Shown: positions 1 to 13,712, counted from the stretch's first letter. The stretch is 64,000 nt of DNA from Lama glama (GCA_028534125.1 CM052817.1:1552001-1616000); one strand, 5' to 3'. Made by a program: numbers and translations. The notes: generated by a model not told the origin, from the letters alone.

Positions 1-310
1 CACGGTAACAATGGCCACCAGCAACCACTTTAAGCAGAAGTAAGCTTGCAGCAATTTTCCTGCCTTAAAAGCTATCCTTGATGGTAATTCTTGTACCTCA
101 TTTATCGACATGTGAACTAACATGGAGGGGTGGAAGATGGCCAGGCGTGTTGTGTGCATCCTTTTAGGCAAAAATCGGGTCTCTGGGGACTATGTGTATC
201 AGCCAAGATGGCCCGAGGGCAGCGGGAACCCTGGCACAGCCGAGGAGAGGGCCCGCACCTGCGGTTCATACGGGGAGGTTCTTCCCGTGTTAAGTACTAC
301 AGACACTCAC

Positions 311-400
311 GTGAGTCACTTTCTGCTTTAACAGTCGATTTTCTTCCCGTAACTTCTCAACAACAGCGTGGACAGAGGCATCCCCACCTGCACACTTCGG
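311..400 (-). CDS. TNIP2: TNIP2 (ABIN-2) coding exon 3, 90 nt, phase 0/0
   Basis: Manual minus-strand translation gives PKCAGGDASVHAVVEKLREENRLLKQKVTH, matching the remembered human TNIP2 segment ...SVQSVIEKLQEENRLLKQKVTH. Acceptor ...cccttccttaagcag ends at 401; donor gtgagt at 310-305. Too short for the ORF track. Confidence 0.93.
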
Positions 401-422
401 CTGCTTAAGGAAGGGACAAAGA

Positions 423-3400
423 TCTTGTCAAGCTAGCGGAGGAGAAGGAACTTGAGCTCAACTCCTCTCACAAATACAATAAAACCACAACTGACTGCTG
501 GGCAACCATCACTAAAAAAGATGGAACCTATCAAAAAAAGCTCTTCTACAACTGGAGACATAAAGCGGGAACCAAAGCGGGTGGAAGGAGAGGTGCGCTC
601 ACGATATGATCGGGTCCCACACCCCCTGGGTGGGCGACCGCAGCTGGGGAATAATGGCACTGTGGAGGTCCTCCCACGGCACCGAGAGCTCTCAGCTCCG
701 TATCAGCTGCTCCAGCCCAGGGCTCCGGCAGGTCCCCCGAGCATCTGGCTTTGAAGGCCAGTGGGGCTTACTTGCAGGAGCTCCACAGGACTGGAGGAGA
801 CAGACTTTGCTCTGAAAGAGCACACAGAGTCTCACATGGACCAGGATCAAGGGCCAAAGCAGTGATTCGTAAGAGCGTGGGCCAGACCTGGCTGCTGGTC
901 TTGGAGGGTCTCCTGGGGAGGTGGGGGGCAGCTGATGCTCACCCTGGGGATGTAAAAGCTGGTGGCGGACGTATCAGGGAGTGTTCATTGGCTGACATCT
1001 TGCTTGGGTCATTAACACCAAGACCTGGCCCCACCCAACAGCCTGTGGGCTTAAGTGCTGGGAAGCCTCAGGCCAAACAACTAACCAGGTGGGAACACAG
1101 CCCCACCCGTCAGCAGACAGGCTGCCTAAAGACTTCCTGGGCCCACAGCCACCTCAAGGCACACCCCTGGACACAGCCCTGCCCACCAAAGGACCAGGAC
1201 CCAGCTCTGCCCACCAGTGGGAAGGCACTGGCCCCTGCTACCAAGAAGCCTGCACAAGCCTCTAGTCCAGCCTCATCCACCCAGGGGCAGACACCAGAAG
1301 TAAGAAAACTATGACCCCACAGCCTGCAAAACCGAATCTGCAAATGCAGGGCAGACCCCCCTACCCTGGCATCAGCCGGCTCCTGGCCCTCAGGTGACAA
1401 GAGGGCAAAGTGTACTGCTGGGACGCACAGGACATCCCCTACAGAGGGCCACTTCTCCAAGGTCAAGAAATGTATTTAACCCATCAGGTGATAAAAATAC
1501 AAATAGAAATTTAGACAAAGTGAGGTGGCAGAGGAGTATGTTCCAGATGAAAGAACAAGATGCCACCCCCGTAGAACTAAGAGACGTGGAAATGGGCAAA
1601 TCCACCCGAGAAGGAGTTCAGAGTAATGATCACGAGGACGGTCCACGAACTCAGGGGAAGAATGGATGCACAGAGCAAGAAGTTAGAAGTTTTTAACAAG
1701 GAGTTAGAAAATATAAAGAACCACCAAACAGACCTGAAGACTGTCATACCTGAAATGAAAAAACACACTAGAAGGAATCAATAGTAGAATAAATGAGGCA
1801 GAAGAACAGATGAGCGAGCCGAAGACAGAGCAGTGGAAGTCGCCGCCACAGAACAGAAAAAAGAAAAAGAATGAAAAGAAATGAGGACAGTTTAAGAGAA
1901 CTCTAGGACAATATCAAGTGCACTAATACTCACATTGTAGGGGTCCCAGAGGGAGGGGAGACAGAGGAAAGGGCCTGAGAAAATACTTGAAGAGATAATA
2001 GCTGAAAACGTCCCTAACCTGGGAAAGGAAACAGCCAAGTCCAGGACGTGTAGAGAGTCTTACACAGGATTAATCCAAAGAGGAGCACACCAAGGCACAT
2101 GGTAATCAGACTGACAAAAAATTAAAAGATAAGGAGAAAATATTAAAATTAGCAAGAGAAAAGCAACAAATAACATACAAGGGAACTCCCATAAGGTTAT
2201 CAGCTGATTTTTCAGCAGAAACTCTAGAGGCCAGAAGGGAGTGGCAAAATATATTTAAAGTGATGAAAGGGAAAAATCTACAACCAACAATACTCTATCC
2301 AGCAAGGCTCTCGTTCAGATTCCAGGGAGAAATCAAAAGCTTTACAGACAAGCAAAAGCTCAAAGAATTCAGCACCACCAAACCAGCTTTACAACAAATG
2401 CTAAAGGAACTTCTCTAGGTGGAAAAGGCAAGGCCACAACTAGAAACAAGAAAATTACTAAATGGAAAAGCTCAGCAGTAAAGGCAAACATACAGTAAAC
2501 AAAGGAAATCATCCCATACAAACTAATAGGGAAGTTAAAAGATAAAAAGAGTACAATCATCTGTATTTACAAGAAGCAGTTAAGGGATACACAAAACAAC
2601 TCGATGTAAAATATAATATCAAAGCCAGTCATTGTGAAGGGAGGAGAGTATGAACACAGGGTATTTATAATGCATTTAAAATGAAGAGATCAGCAACTTA
2701 AAACAAGCATGTATATGTACAGACTGCTACGCAAATACCTCACAGTATCCACAGACCAAAACTCTACAGTAGATACACACACAAAAAGGAAAGAGGGCTC
2801 CAGACATAACACTAAAGACAGTCATCAAATCACAAGAGAACAAAAAAAGAAAGGAAAAAAAGACCCACAAAAACAAATGCAAAACAATTAACAAAATGTC
2901 ATCAAGAACATATGTTGATAATTACCTTAAATGTAAATGGATTAAACACTCCAACCAAAACAAAGAGACTGGCTGAATGGATACAAAAACAAGACCCATA
3001 TATATGCTGTCTACAACAGACCCACTTCAGATCTAGAGACACATACAGACTGAAAGTGAGGGGATAGAAAAAGGTATTCTATGCAAACAGAAACCAAAAG
3101 AAAGCTGAAGTAGCAATACTTATATCATACAAAATAGACTCTAAAATAAACACTGTTACAAGAGATGAAGAAGGACACTACATAATGATCAAGGAATCAA
3201 TCCAAGAAGAAGATGTAACAATTGTAAATATACATGCACCTGACATAGGAGCACTTCAGTATGTACGGCAGCTGTTAACAGACATAAAATGAGAAATTGA
3301 CAGTAACACAGTAATACTGGGGGACCTTAATACCCCACTTACATCAATGGACAAATCATCCAGACAGAAAATTAATAAGAAAATACAGGCCCTAAATGAC

Positions 3401-6400
3401 ACGCTAGACCAGATAGACTTAATATTTATAGAGCATTCTATCCCAAAGCAGCCGAATACACATTCTTCTCTAGTGCACAAGGAACATTCTCTAGATAGAT
3501 CACACGTTGGGCCACAAAGCAAGCCTTGGAAACCTGAAGAAAGCTGAAGTCTTATCAAGCATCTTTTCTGACCACAATGTTATGAGACTAGAAATCAACT
3601 AGCGAAAAAAACTGCAAAAAACATAAACATGTGGAGGCTAAACAACATGCTGCTGAACGACCAATGGATCGCTGAAGAAATCAAAGAGGAAATCAAAGAC
3701 CTAGTGACAAACGAATGAAAATCCAAAACCTATGGGAGGCAGCAACAGCAGTTCTAAGAGGGGAGTTTATCGTGATACAAGCTTATCTCAGGAAATAAGA
3801 AAAATCTCAAGCAACCTAACCTTACACCTAAAGCAACTAAAGAAAGAACAAAACCCAAAGTTAATAGAACAGAAGAAACCATAAAGATCAGAACGGAAAT
3901 AAATGAAATAGAGACTTAAATAAATAAATAAATACATAGGAATGATGAATGAAACTAAAAGCTGGTCCTTTGAAACAATAAACAAAATTGATAAACCTTT
4001 AGCCAGAGTCATCAAGAAAAAGAGAGGAGACCCAAACCAATAAAACCATAAATGAAAAAAAAAATTACAACTGCCACCACAGAAGTACAAAGGACCATAA
4101 GAGACGATTATGAGCAACTATACCCAAGAAAATGGAAAACCTAGAAGAAATGGGCAAATTCTTAGAAAGATACGATCTCCCAAGACTAAACCAGGAAGAA
4201 ATAGAAAATGAACAGACCAATTACCAGTACTGAAATTGAATCAGTAATTTAAAAACTCCTATCAAATGAATGATAGGATGAGATGGCACAGGCGAATTCC
4301 ACCAAATATTTAGAGAAGAGTCAATAACACCTATCCTTCTGAAATTATTCTAAAAATTTGCAGAGGAAGGAACACTTTCAAACTCATTCTATGAGGCCAG
4401 CATCACCCTGATACCAAAACCAGACAACGATGTCACAAAAAAAAGAAAATTATAGGCCAGTATCACTGATGAACATAGATGGAAAAATCCTCAACAAAAT
4501 ACTAGCAAACTGACTCCAACAATATATTAAAAGAATCATATACTATAAGTGGGATTTATTCCCGGCATGCAAGGATTTTTCAATATCTGCAAATCAATCA
4601 ATGTGATATACCACATTAACAAATTTAAGAATAAAAACCATATGATCATCTCAATAGATGCAGAAAAAGCTTTTGATAATACTTAGCACCCATTTATAAA
4701 AAAAAACCTGTCCAGAAAATGGGCATAGAGGGAGCACACCTCATCATAATAAACGCCACATATGACAAACCCATAACGAACATCATATTCAACTGTGAAG
4801 AACTGAAAAGATCTCCTCTAAGATCAGGAACAAGACAAGGATGCCTCTCTCACCACCTTTACTCAACATAGTCTTTGACATCCTAGCCACTGCAATCAGA
4901 AGAAAAAGAAAGAAAAGGAATCCAAACCAGAAAAGAGGTAGTAAAACTGGCACTGTTTGCCAAAGACATGAGAAATCCTACACAGAAAATCCTACAGATG
5001 CTACCAGAAAACTACTAGAGCTCATCGATGAATTTGGTAAAGTTGCAGGATACAAAATTAATACACAGAAATCTGCTGCATTTCCATACACCAACAATGA
5101 AATATCAGAAAGAGAAATTAAGGAAGCAACCCTATTTACTACTGCATCAAAATGAATAAAATACCCAGGAATAAACCCACCTAAGGAGGCAAAAGACCTG
5201 TACTACAAAAACTGTAAGACACTGATGAGAGAAACTGAAGACAACACAAATGGATGGAAAGATAATACCACGTTCCTGGATTAGAAGAATCAATATTGTT
5301 AAAATATCCATAGTACCCAAGGCAATCTACAGATTCAGTGCAATCCCTATCAAACTACCAAGGGCCTTTTTCACAGAAGTGGGACAAAAAGCTGTTAAAT
5401 TTGTATAGAAACACCAAAGACCCTGAATAGCCAAAACAATCTTGAGAAAGAAGAATGGAACTAGGGGAGTTAGGCTCCCTGACTTCAGACTACACTACAA
5501 AGCTACAGTAATCAAACAGCATGGTACTAGCACCAAAACAGACATATACATCAGTGGAACAGGACTGAGAGTCCAGAAATGAAGCCACACACTTACAGTT
5601 AATTCATCTATGAGAAAGGAGGCAAGAATATATGTTGGAGAAAAGACAGTCTCTTCGAAAAGTGGTGCTGGGAAAATTGGACAGCTACATGTAAAAGAAT
5701 AAAATTAGAACATTCTCTAACAGCATATACAAAAATAGATCAAAATGGATTAAAGAACTAAATGTAAGATTGGATACTATAAAACTCCTAAGGAAAACAT
5801 AGGCAGAACACTCTTTGACATATATCTCAGCAATATTTTTTTTGGACCTGCCTTCTAAAATAATGGAAATAAAAACAAAAATAAACAAGTGGGACCTAAT
5901 TAAACTTAAAAGCTTTTGCACAGCAAAGGAAACCATAAACAAAACAAAAAGACAACCTATGGAATAGGAGAAAATATCTGCAAACTATGTGACTGACAAG
6001 GGATTAATTTCCAAAATATATAAGCAGCTCACACAGCTCAATATCAAAAAGACAAAAACCCAATCAAAAAATGGGCAGAAGATTTAAATAGACATTTCTC
6101 CAAAGAAGACATGCAGATGGCCAACAGGCACATGAAAAGATGCTCGACACCATTATTCGAGAAATGCAAATCAAAACTGCAATGAGGTACCACCTCACAC
6201 CAGTCAGAATGGCCACCATCAAAAAGTCTACAAATAATAAATGCTGGAGAGGGTGTGGAGAAAAAGGAACCCTCCTACACTGCTGGTGGGAATGTAAGCT
6301 GATGCAACCACTATGGAGGACAGTATGGAGGTTTCTTTAAAAACTAAAAATAAAGTTACCCTATGATCCGGCAATCACACCCTTGGGCAAATATCCAGAG

Positions 6401-6845
6401 AAAACGCTAATTCAAAAAGATACATGCACTCCAGTGTTCACAGCAGCACTATTTACAGTAGCCAAGACATGGAAGCCAGATGACTGGATAAAGAAGCTGT
6501 GGTATATATATAATAGAACACTAGTCAGCCGTAAAAAGGGATGAGAGAATGCCACTTGCAGCAACATGGATGGACCTAGAAATTATCACATTAAGTGAAG
6601 TAAGTCAAAGAAAGACAAATGTCATATGATATCACTTATATGTAGAATCTTTAAAAAAATTATACACAAATGAACTTATTTACAAAAGAGAGGGTCTCAC
6701 AGACACAGAAAACAAACCTAGGATTACCAGGGGAGAAAAGGGGGAGTTTGGGATTGGCAGATACAAACATAAAGCCCTACTGTGTAGCAGGGAACTACAT
6801 TCAATGGCTTGTAGTCCCTGTAATGAAAAAGAAGAGGACCACAAA
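423..6845 (+). mobile_element. Near full-length degenerate LINE-1, antisense in TNIP2 intron 2 (5'UTR, ORF1 ~1520-2418, spacer, ORF2 ~2896-6600, shortened 3'UTR)
   Basis: 5' end tcaagctagcggaggag resembles the L1 caagatggcgg start. ORF1 remnant ...QRSMFQMKEQD; endonuclease remnant ITLNVNGLN; RT remnant LSPPLLNIV...LFAKDM; C-terminal [20 protein letters not shown]. Many stops and frameshifts. Candidate 16-bp TSD at 407-422 and 6846-6861 (14/16 identical). Confidence 0.95.
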
Positions 6846-8835
6846 AAGAAAGAGACAAAGAGCAGACAGCAAGTCAGCAAACACGACTGTCACGTGCTGC
6901 AGCAAGAGAGGAGGAAGTCACAACTGGACATTGAGGTCGCAGACAGGCACTGCAGCGTGGCAGGTGGCAGCCGTTCATTCCACAGAGAAGCAAGATGGAG
7001 ACAGGAAAGGACCTGCAGCCTCCTGAAAGTGAGAGGGAGGGGTCATTGCCCTTGCCCTGGCCCAGCCCACGCTACACTGGGGCCAGGCCACACAGTCTTC
7101 CCATCACCCGAGATCTTCCATCCTCAGAGGGGGCAGGCGGGCAGAAGCCTAATCGCATTACACACCAGAGAATGTCCCAGCACAGGGCCACAAAGCCGCT
7201 GGGAGCAGGCCTGGCCGTGGACCAGCTCACTCCCTCTGAACCCACGACTCCATCAGAGCTGCAGACAACCAGGGTCAAATTCAGCGATTCTGACCTGTGC
7301 CTCACACAGGGCCAGGGATTCAGCCTAGAACGCCGCAAGCCAAACCAACCCAATCTGGTGGGCAGAACTAACCCAAGACCTTATGAAAAGTCCATCTGAA
7401 CCCTAGAAATTCAGTGCATTGAACAGTACAGTGGGCTGTACGTTAGTGACATTATTTTTGAGAATTCCCCTCTAATGACAAAGGAACTACACATCCTACC
7501 CAGCAGGCACCGGGAAACCCCGGGTGACTCAGCCAGCCCAGGGCTGAGAAGTGACGCTGATTTAGAGACTACTAAGAGCCTCCGGCCCCAAGCCTGCCCA
7601 GGCCAACCGTGACGTGTGACTGCTTTCAAATCTGCAGAGGGAAATGACACAGTGACTCAAAATCGGACAAGAACACCGCCTCCTCCCAGAAAGCACTTTG
7701 GTTTCTGAAATATGCTATGTTCTTTCTGAGGTTCCCTTTTCGTGGAAACCACCCAGCTGAGACAGGTGGTTCTCAGACCAAGGTTCTCCCCAGCGGGCTC
7801 CCCAGCAAAGCTGCTGCTAAGGGGCTGGGTGGCCCGTCCGCCCCCGACTTCGCAGAGCACGTTTCTGTGTCAACCCTGGCACAGCCTCAGAGAACTGCCT
7901 GGAAAGGACCTGCAGGAGGGTAGCCTGGGAGGGGCGTGCATCACACGCCTGTCTCCCTGTCTGTCCCATGGGCACAGGCTGGGGTCGGGTGGAAGAAGAC
8001 AGGCAGGGAAGGTGGCCTCAGCTCAGTTGTTCTCGCCACCCTGCCGCCCAGGAGCCCCTGGTTTCTAGGGAATGGGATTCCTGACGTGGAAACCCACACT
8101 ATCCCCTCCCCCACCAGCCCCCACACGAGCCACAGCCCAGATCCAACCTGTGGTGGAGGCCCACCTGACACCTGGCCCCACTGTCCCCTGCCCCTGCGCA
8201 GCACCTGGCCAGGGGCCACAGATGCATGGAGGGGCTCTCTGTCCTCATGTCACTGACGAGGATGACCAGGTCTCCCGACAGCGGCAGGCCGTGCTGCTGT
8301 GAGGACGTACCCAAACGCCAGCTGCAGAGATGCCAGTGTCAGCCCCGTGGCAGAGCCCCAGCTACGCCAGCCCTGCTCTGCTCAGACACGTGGTACCCCC
8401 GATGTCTGGTGCTCACAGATCTCAAGACGCTTGGGGCTCAGCGCCTGCCTGGGCAACACCTGAGGCACCACCCCGCACCTCACTCTGTGGTCTCCCCACC
8501 CGCCCCACACACACGGGCCAGCACTTGCTCAGCACAGCCCCTCCTGCCCCAGTCTGCCTGCGTCGTCCTCAGCTGCGTCCTCCCACCTGGGCCCAGGATC
8601 AGCTACAGGTCTGGGTGAGGCAGCTGGTGACACAAGTCACCTCTGCACGTTCCGCCATTCTAGAAGAAACCCCTGGGTGGGCAGGCTTTGCCCCAATAGC
8701 TGACCCTCACTATCAAGAACACAAGTGGGCTCTGGGTGCCCTGACCTCCATGACAGCCCAGGGGTCCCAAGGTGCAAGGCAAGGCCTCCCGCCACACCCA
8801 CATCTTCACTGCAGTTTGCTTCCACCATGGCCTAC

Positions 8836-9123
8836 CTCAGGGCTCCTCTCTCCCGCATCCCCCTGTGCGCGCTGGCGTTCATCCAGACACTTGGCCAGAT
8901 GCTGGCACATGTGGGCAGTAGCAGCCAGAGTCCTTCGCAGCTGATGGGTCTCATCCGCCAAGGAGCGGCACAGAATGTCGCTGGCGGCCCTGGCCCGTTC
9001 CTTCTCCTCCACGCTTCTCCTCAGCAGGGCCACTTCCTTCTCTCGCTCACACTCTGGCTGGTTCATCAGCTGCTGTGTCTCCCTCTCTTTTTCTTCTAGT
9101 TGCTCAGAAAGTCGCTCGATTTC
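8836..9123 (-). CDS. TNIP2: TNIP2 coding exon 2, 288 nt (coiled-coil region)
   Basis: Translates as [37 protein letters not shown]...[26 protein letters not shown], in frame with ORF 8806-9066. Acceptor cttctgcctag at 9124; donor gtagg at 8835. Confidence 0.95.
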
Positions 9124-9387
9124 CTAGGCAGAAGATTTAAAAGCAGAGTTTATTTGATTAAAAAGAGCAATGTCAGAAATAAATGTTCATAAAGCAAAAG
9201 AAAGGCACCCATCAGCAGCTAACACACACGCTCACCTGGGGGCTGGCTTCTGATCTAATAATTAACCTCGGGGTTTTCAGCCTATAATCTATCTGAAACG
9301 CCATCTAAAATTCTCTTTCCATGAGCAAATTCGTAATTTTAGATTTTACATCATCAAATTACTAAGTGTGGCAATTCCAAACGCCTC

Positions 9388-9846
9388 GTAATAGGAGGGC
9401 AGAAACTCCACTCCCCAAATGTTATGCCCACGTCCTAACCCCTGGTACCTGGGAATGTGTTTTATTTAGAAATACAGTCTTTGAAGATACAATTAGTTAA
9501 AATGAAGTCCAACTGTATTAGAATGGACCCTAATCCAATGACTAGTGTCCTTATAAGAAGGAAATTTGGACACAGCACAGAGAAGGCCACGTGATGACAG
9601 AGGCAGGGGCCAGAGTGACATGTCCACAAGCCAAAGAACACCAAGCATGCCGGCGGCCACCAGAAGCTGAAAGAGGAAAAGAAGGGCCCCCACCACCACC
9701 ACCCCGAGCCTCAGAGGGAGCGCAGCTCTGCTGACAACACCTTGATTTCGGGTTTCTGGCCTCCAAAATGCTGAATGATTAAATTCCTGGTGTTTTAGGC
9801 CACCCAGCTTAAGGCCCTTTGTTACAGAGGCTCTAGGAAACTGGTA
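9388..9846 (+). mobile_element. MaLR (MLT1-like) solo LTR
   Basis: Typical MLT1 motifs ccctaatccaatgactagtgtccttataagaagg and ctgacaacaccttgatttc...ttgttacag...aggaaact. Confidence 0.75.
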
Positions 9847-12800
9847 TTCCTGACCCCAGTTAATTTTTTTAAGAAGTCCTGGAAATTACAATTTGCTTTA
9901 AACCCAGCCTTAACTTTGTGCTTTCCCATTTTCAAAGAACTTTCCAGCATAAACAGTACATGAGGGAGGTACAGCAGGATAAGCCAGCCCTCCCTACGAT
10001 GGAAGAAACAGCTTCAGCCAAGTCAGGACGAGCCTAAGCTCCCCAGGGAGGAAGCGGTTAAGAGAAGGGTCTGGGCTCCGCGCAAGCAGGGATGACACCA
10101 GGAGCCCAGAACCTTCATACCACAGTGGAACGAAATACGGGGCCAGATTACTAATGGAACCCTGAACATTATTCTCTTAACTGCTTTAAAACAAAAACAA
10201 AAATGTGTGCACGGTTACAAAAAATTCAAACAAACAGAAGGAAATAAAATGGAAACTTAAATTCCTTTTTTCCCACCAGCCCCTTGGCCCCCAGCTTCAC
10301 TCTCTAGAGGCAACTATTCACTATTTGGCCAAGCATCTTTCTGGAGCGTTTATAAGCTTCTATAACACGTGTATTTTTATACAAATGGACCTACAATACC
10401 GTTCTTCACCTACTTCTTCCCTCCTTCGTAATAAACCTTATTCCACAGCAGCACAGGACCTGCCTTGTACTTTAACCACAGCCTGGAGCTTCCGACAGGC
10501 GGCCGCTTCCTCGTACTCATGCAAACAGAGCCATGGGACAAATGTCCAGAGGCCGCAGGGCTGGGATTGCTTTAAGACTGGGGTTAAGAAATAACTGGTG
10601 GAACTCGGGCACACAGCCAGACCTGGGTCCCACACCACATCCACAAGGCAAGGGACGCCCCCAGCTCCTCCACCCAAACAGCCGGTGCATCTGTGTAACC
10701 TCCTCCGCGGAGAAGCGCACGTGACCACACCGCTCCAGCCAGATAACCCAGGGAACATGCTGGAAACCTTGCCCTCTCTCCGACAGGGAATTTTTGAGCC
10801 TTCCCCTTCCTGTTTTCCTTGGACTTCACTCCAGAAGTGAACAAAAAGACAGAAAAGAAGAAAACCTCCAGTTAGGATGCTCAGTTGGCTCTCTTGGTGA
10901 AGGCCTAGAAGGAGAGGCTGTTCTAGATCTGCATTCCACAGCAGGGACTCAAAAGAGGACAGAGCAGAGGCTTGGGAAGATGGTGAGGGGTCAGGCCCTG
11001 GCAAGTGCAGGAGAATTAGCAGGACTGGTGACGGCGGGTGTGACAAAGTGTAAAAGGGAACAGCTCGCTGGGAATGAGCCCAGAAACTGCGATTTTTGCC
11101 CAGAGGTGCTGCATCACTCCTTCACATCTCACTGCCCTCCGACCTCACAGGAGTCACAATCTCAGGGGTACCTGTCGCTCAGCCTGGTGAGACCCATTCT
11201 CGTACAGTCAGCACCTTAGTTTTCCATCTCATGGCCCTGACGACCTCAGCCCTGAGTAAAGTCCATGCCTTTCTGGACTGAAGGAGAAATAGAGGCCTTT
11301 CTCTGAAAGCCGGCCAGTCGGCACCTCCTCCCAGCAGACGGCCCTTCAGCACCACGCTGAACCTGCAGGCCTGGGAAGGGGGCGCTGGGGGCCACTACCC
11401 ATGGCCTTCTGAGCCCGTCCACACAGCTGTGGGCTGCCAGCTGGTGCCAAGTCACTTGGTCTGGGTGAGTGCGATGGGGCATTTATTTACACAAGTGAGA
11501 ACCAACTATGCCTTAACGTAAAACACTATAAACAGGAAAAAGAATGCTATATCCCAGCAGAAGCTCAGGTTCTCACTGCTGATCACTTCTGGACCTGAAA
11601 AACCCAGGCCTGTTTCCTGGTCTTGGATTTGTTTGTTTTCTTTAAACTCTGACCTGTTTTGAAGGCATGATCAGCTGTTTCAGGCCCTGTCCCACATTCT
11701 TACTCTGTGGACAGTGCAGCTAGAGCTCCTCCCTCCACAGTGTCCCTGACGCCAGGCCAGCCACGGCCCACCCCGCACCTGGGTTGCTTCCCTCTGCCAG
11801 CATCACAGCTCCAGTGCTGCCCTGTCACTCCTGGTGGGATGGAAGTGTCCGAGAGCACAGGCCTTTCTTGCCACATTCTCCCAAGCTAGACCTAGCTACC
11901 CTCCACAGCAGCTCAAAAATGTATCTGGTATAAACACCAACGGTGCACTGAGAGTTCTGCCCTGAGAGGGCACGTCATTACACTTTAAAGTTACTCAGAT
12001 GAAAAGCTGTGATTTCAGCAGCACAGCAGAGAAAGGTCTATCCTGTCCCCACCTGACGCTGAAATGCATTCAGCATAAATACATGCTGTTCATACAAAAC
12101 CGCTATCAGTATACACACAAACACAGACAATATGAGCACAGATAGAAAGTCTATAGACAACACCAGTGAAGGCTAGTCTCCCACGGAACCATGAAGTTAA
12201 CAAACTCCTAAGCCCCTGTGACACCCACGGTGACAGCAGCACCAGCAGGCGCTCTCTAGGCCCCTACTCTGCTCCAGCTGTGCAGCCTCCACGCCTCCTG
12301 TGAGACAGCTTCCGTCATCTCCCATTCCACAGGCGGGCAAACTGAGGCTCGTGGGGCCCAGGGAGCTTCTGGAGTGACCGGGCAAGGAGGCAGCAGTACC
12401 AGCCACTCCAGCCTCACTGCTCCCACCTACCACAGCTCCCTCACATCTTCTCTGAGGCTGGAGGACTTCAGGCAGCACCAGATTTCTAAGCATCTTTCCT
12501 TGCTGGTCAAGTGGAGACAGTAAAATAAGCAACAGGGCAGCACCTCCCGGCTCAGGGAGCTCCCCAAGGACACGCTCTCTCTCTCGTCTCCACACCCCAG
12601 CCATGGGCACTAGCCCGGGCCCCGTGTGGATGCCCGATAAATATCTGGGAGTGAGACCGGGTAATACAATGAGCAGGGCCCTCTGCTCAAACTGTTCCCC
12701 ACACAGACATGGAAAACCCCCAAACACAAGGCTGACTTGAGGGGTGAGCTGAGTTGAACCTGAAGGACTCACTGGCCTTATTTTTTGTCTTAAAAATCCT

Positions 12801-13357
12801 CTTTGAAACATCAGTTTAGAAATAACCTGGCTCTCATGGAGACTAGCCAGGTGACAACATACACCTTCCTTGGGGCTGCTTTTTCCCTCGCTGCTGGGAA
12901 CCTGCCAGAGCTGGAGAAACAGGTAAGACCACGGGGAGGTCACGCGCTGCACGGACGGGCGACCCCCACAGAGGGCTGCCTGACCTGTCCTCCCCGCAGA
13001 GTGCAAGAGGCCCCAGGATCCCTCAAGCCCCCAGGCTCTAGACACTTGCTGCTTGCTCTGAAGTGGGAGAGATGCATATGGTTCGTCTGACTGAGTGCCA
13101 CTGTCCAATCAGTAACAGCTCTGAGGATACAGGACACAGGCACTGGTGCCACACAGCGAGGCCTGTCCCAGAATCCTGGCTTACACACACCGCTGTGATG
13201 CACGAAGTCAGCAAATGGCTGATGTCCCCTGGGACAGCCTGTTGCTGGGACCTGAAAGTCCCATGGCTCCATTCTCAGACACAGAAGTGTCAGGAATTCT
13301 TGTAACAGTCTGGTGGACTGGCCTTTAAAACAAGAGGCACAGCCTCTTGGCCCTCGT

Positions 13358-13712
13358 CCCTTTATTAGTCTGCTTGGCCATGACAAAGTCCACAGACAGG
13401 GTAACCTGAAACAACATAAGTTTATCCTCTCATAGTTCTGGAGGCCAGAGGTCCAAAATGCGGTATTTGTGGACCATGTACATTCCAGGGGCTTCCTTGT
13501 CTATCCAGCTTCTGGCGGTGGCCTCTGCTCCTCTGCCTGGGGATGCGTCCCTCCAGTCTCTGCCTCCATCTTCACTCGGCTGTCTTGTTAGGTCCACCCT
13601 AATCCAGTATGATCTCATTTTAACTTATTACATCTGCAATGACCCTACTTCCCAACAAGGTCACAGTCACAGGCTCCAGGTGGAGAGGAATTAGGAGGAG
13701 ACACTGTCCAAG
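13358..13712 (-). mobile_element. MaLR (MLT1-like) LTR fragment
   Basis: Antisense MLT1 motifs tctcatagttctggaggccagagg...ccctaatccagtatgatctcatttt...aaggtcacagtcacagg. Confidence 0.65.

Noticed and set aside
1520..6600. Active L1 ORF1/ORF2
   Set aside because: Numerous stops and frameshifts, and the RT motif FADD is altered to FAKD.
12197..13108. 303-aa minus-strand ORF in TNIP2 intron 1
   Set aside because: No recognisable homology, overlaps a MIR remnant, and I found no convincing exon structure.
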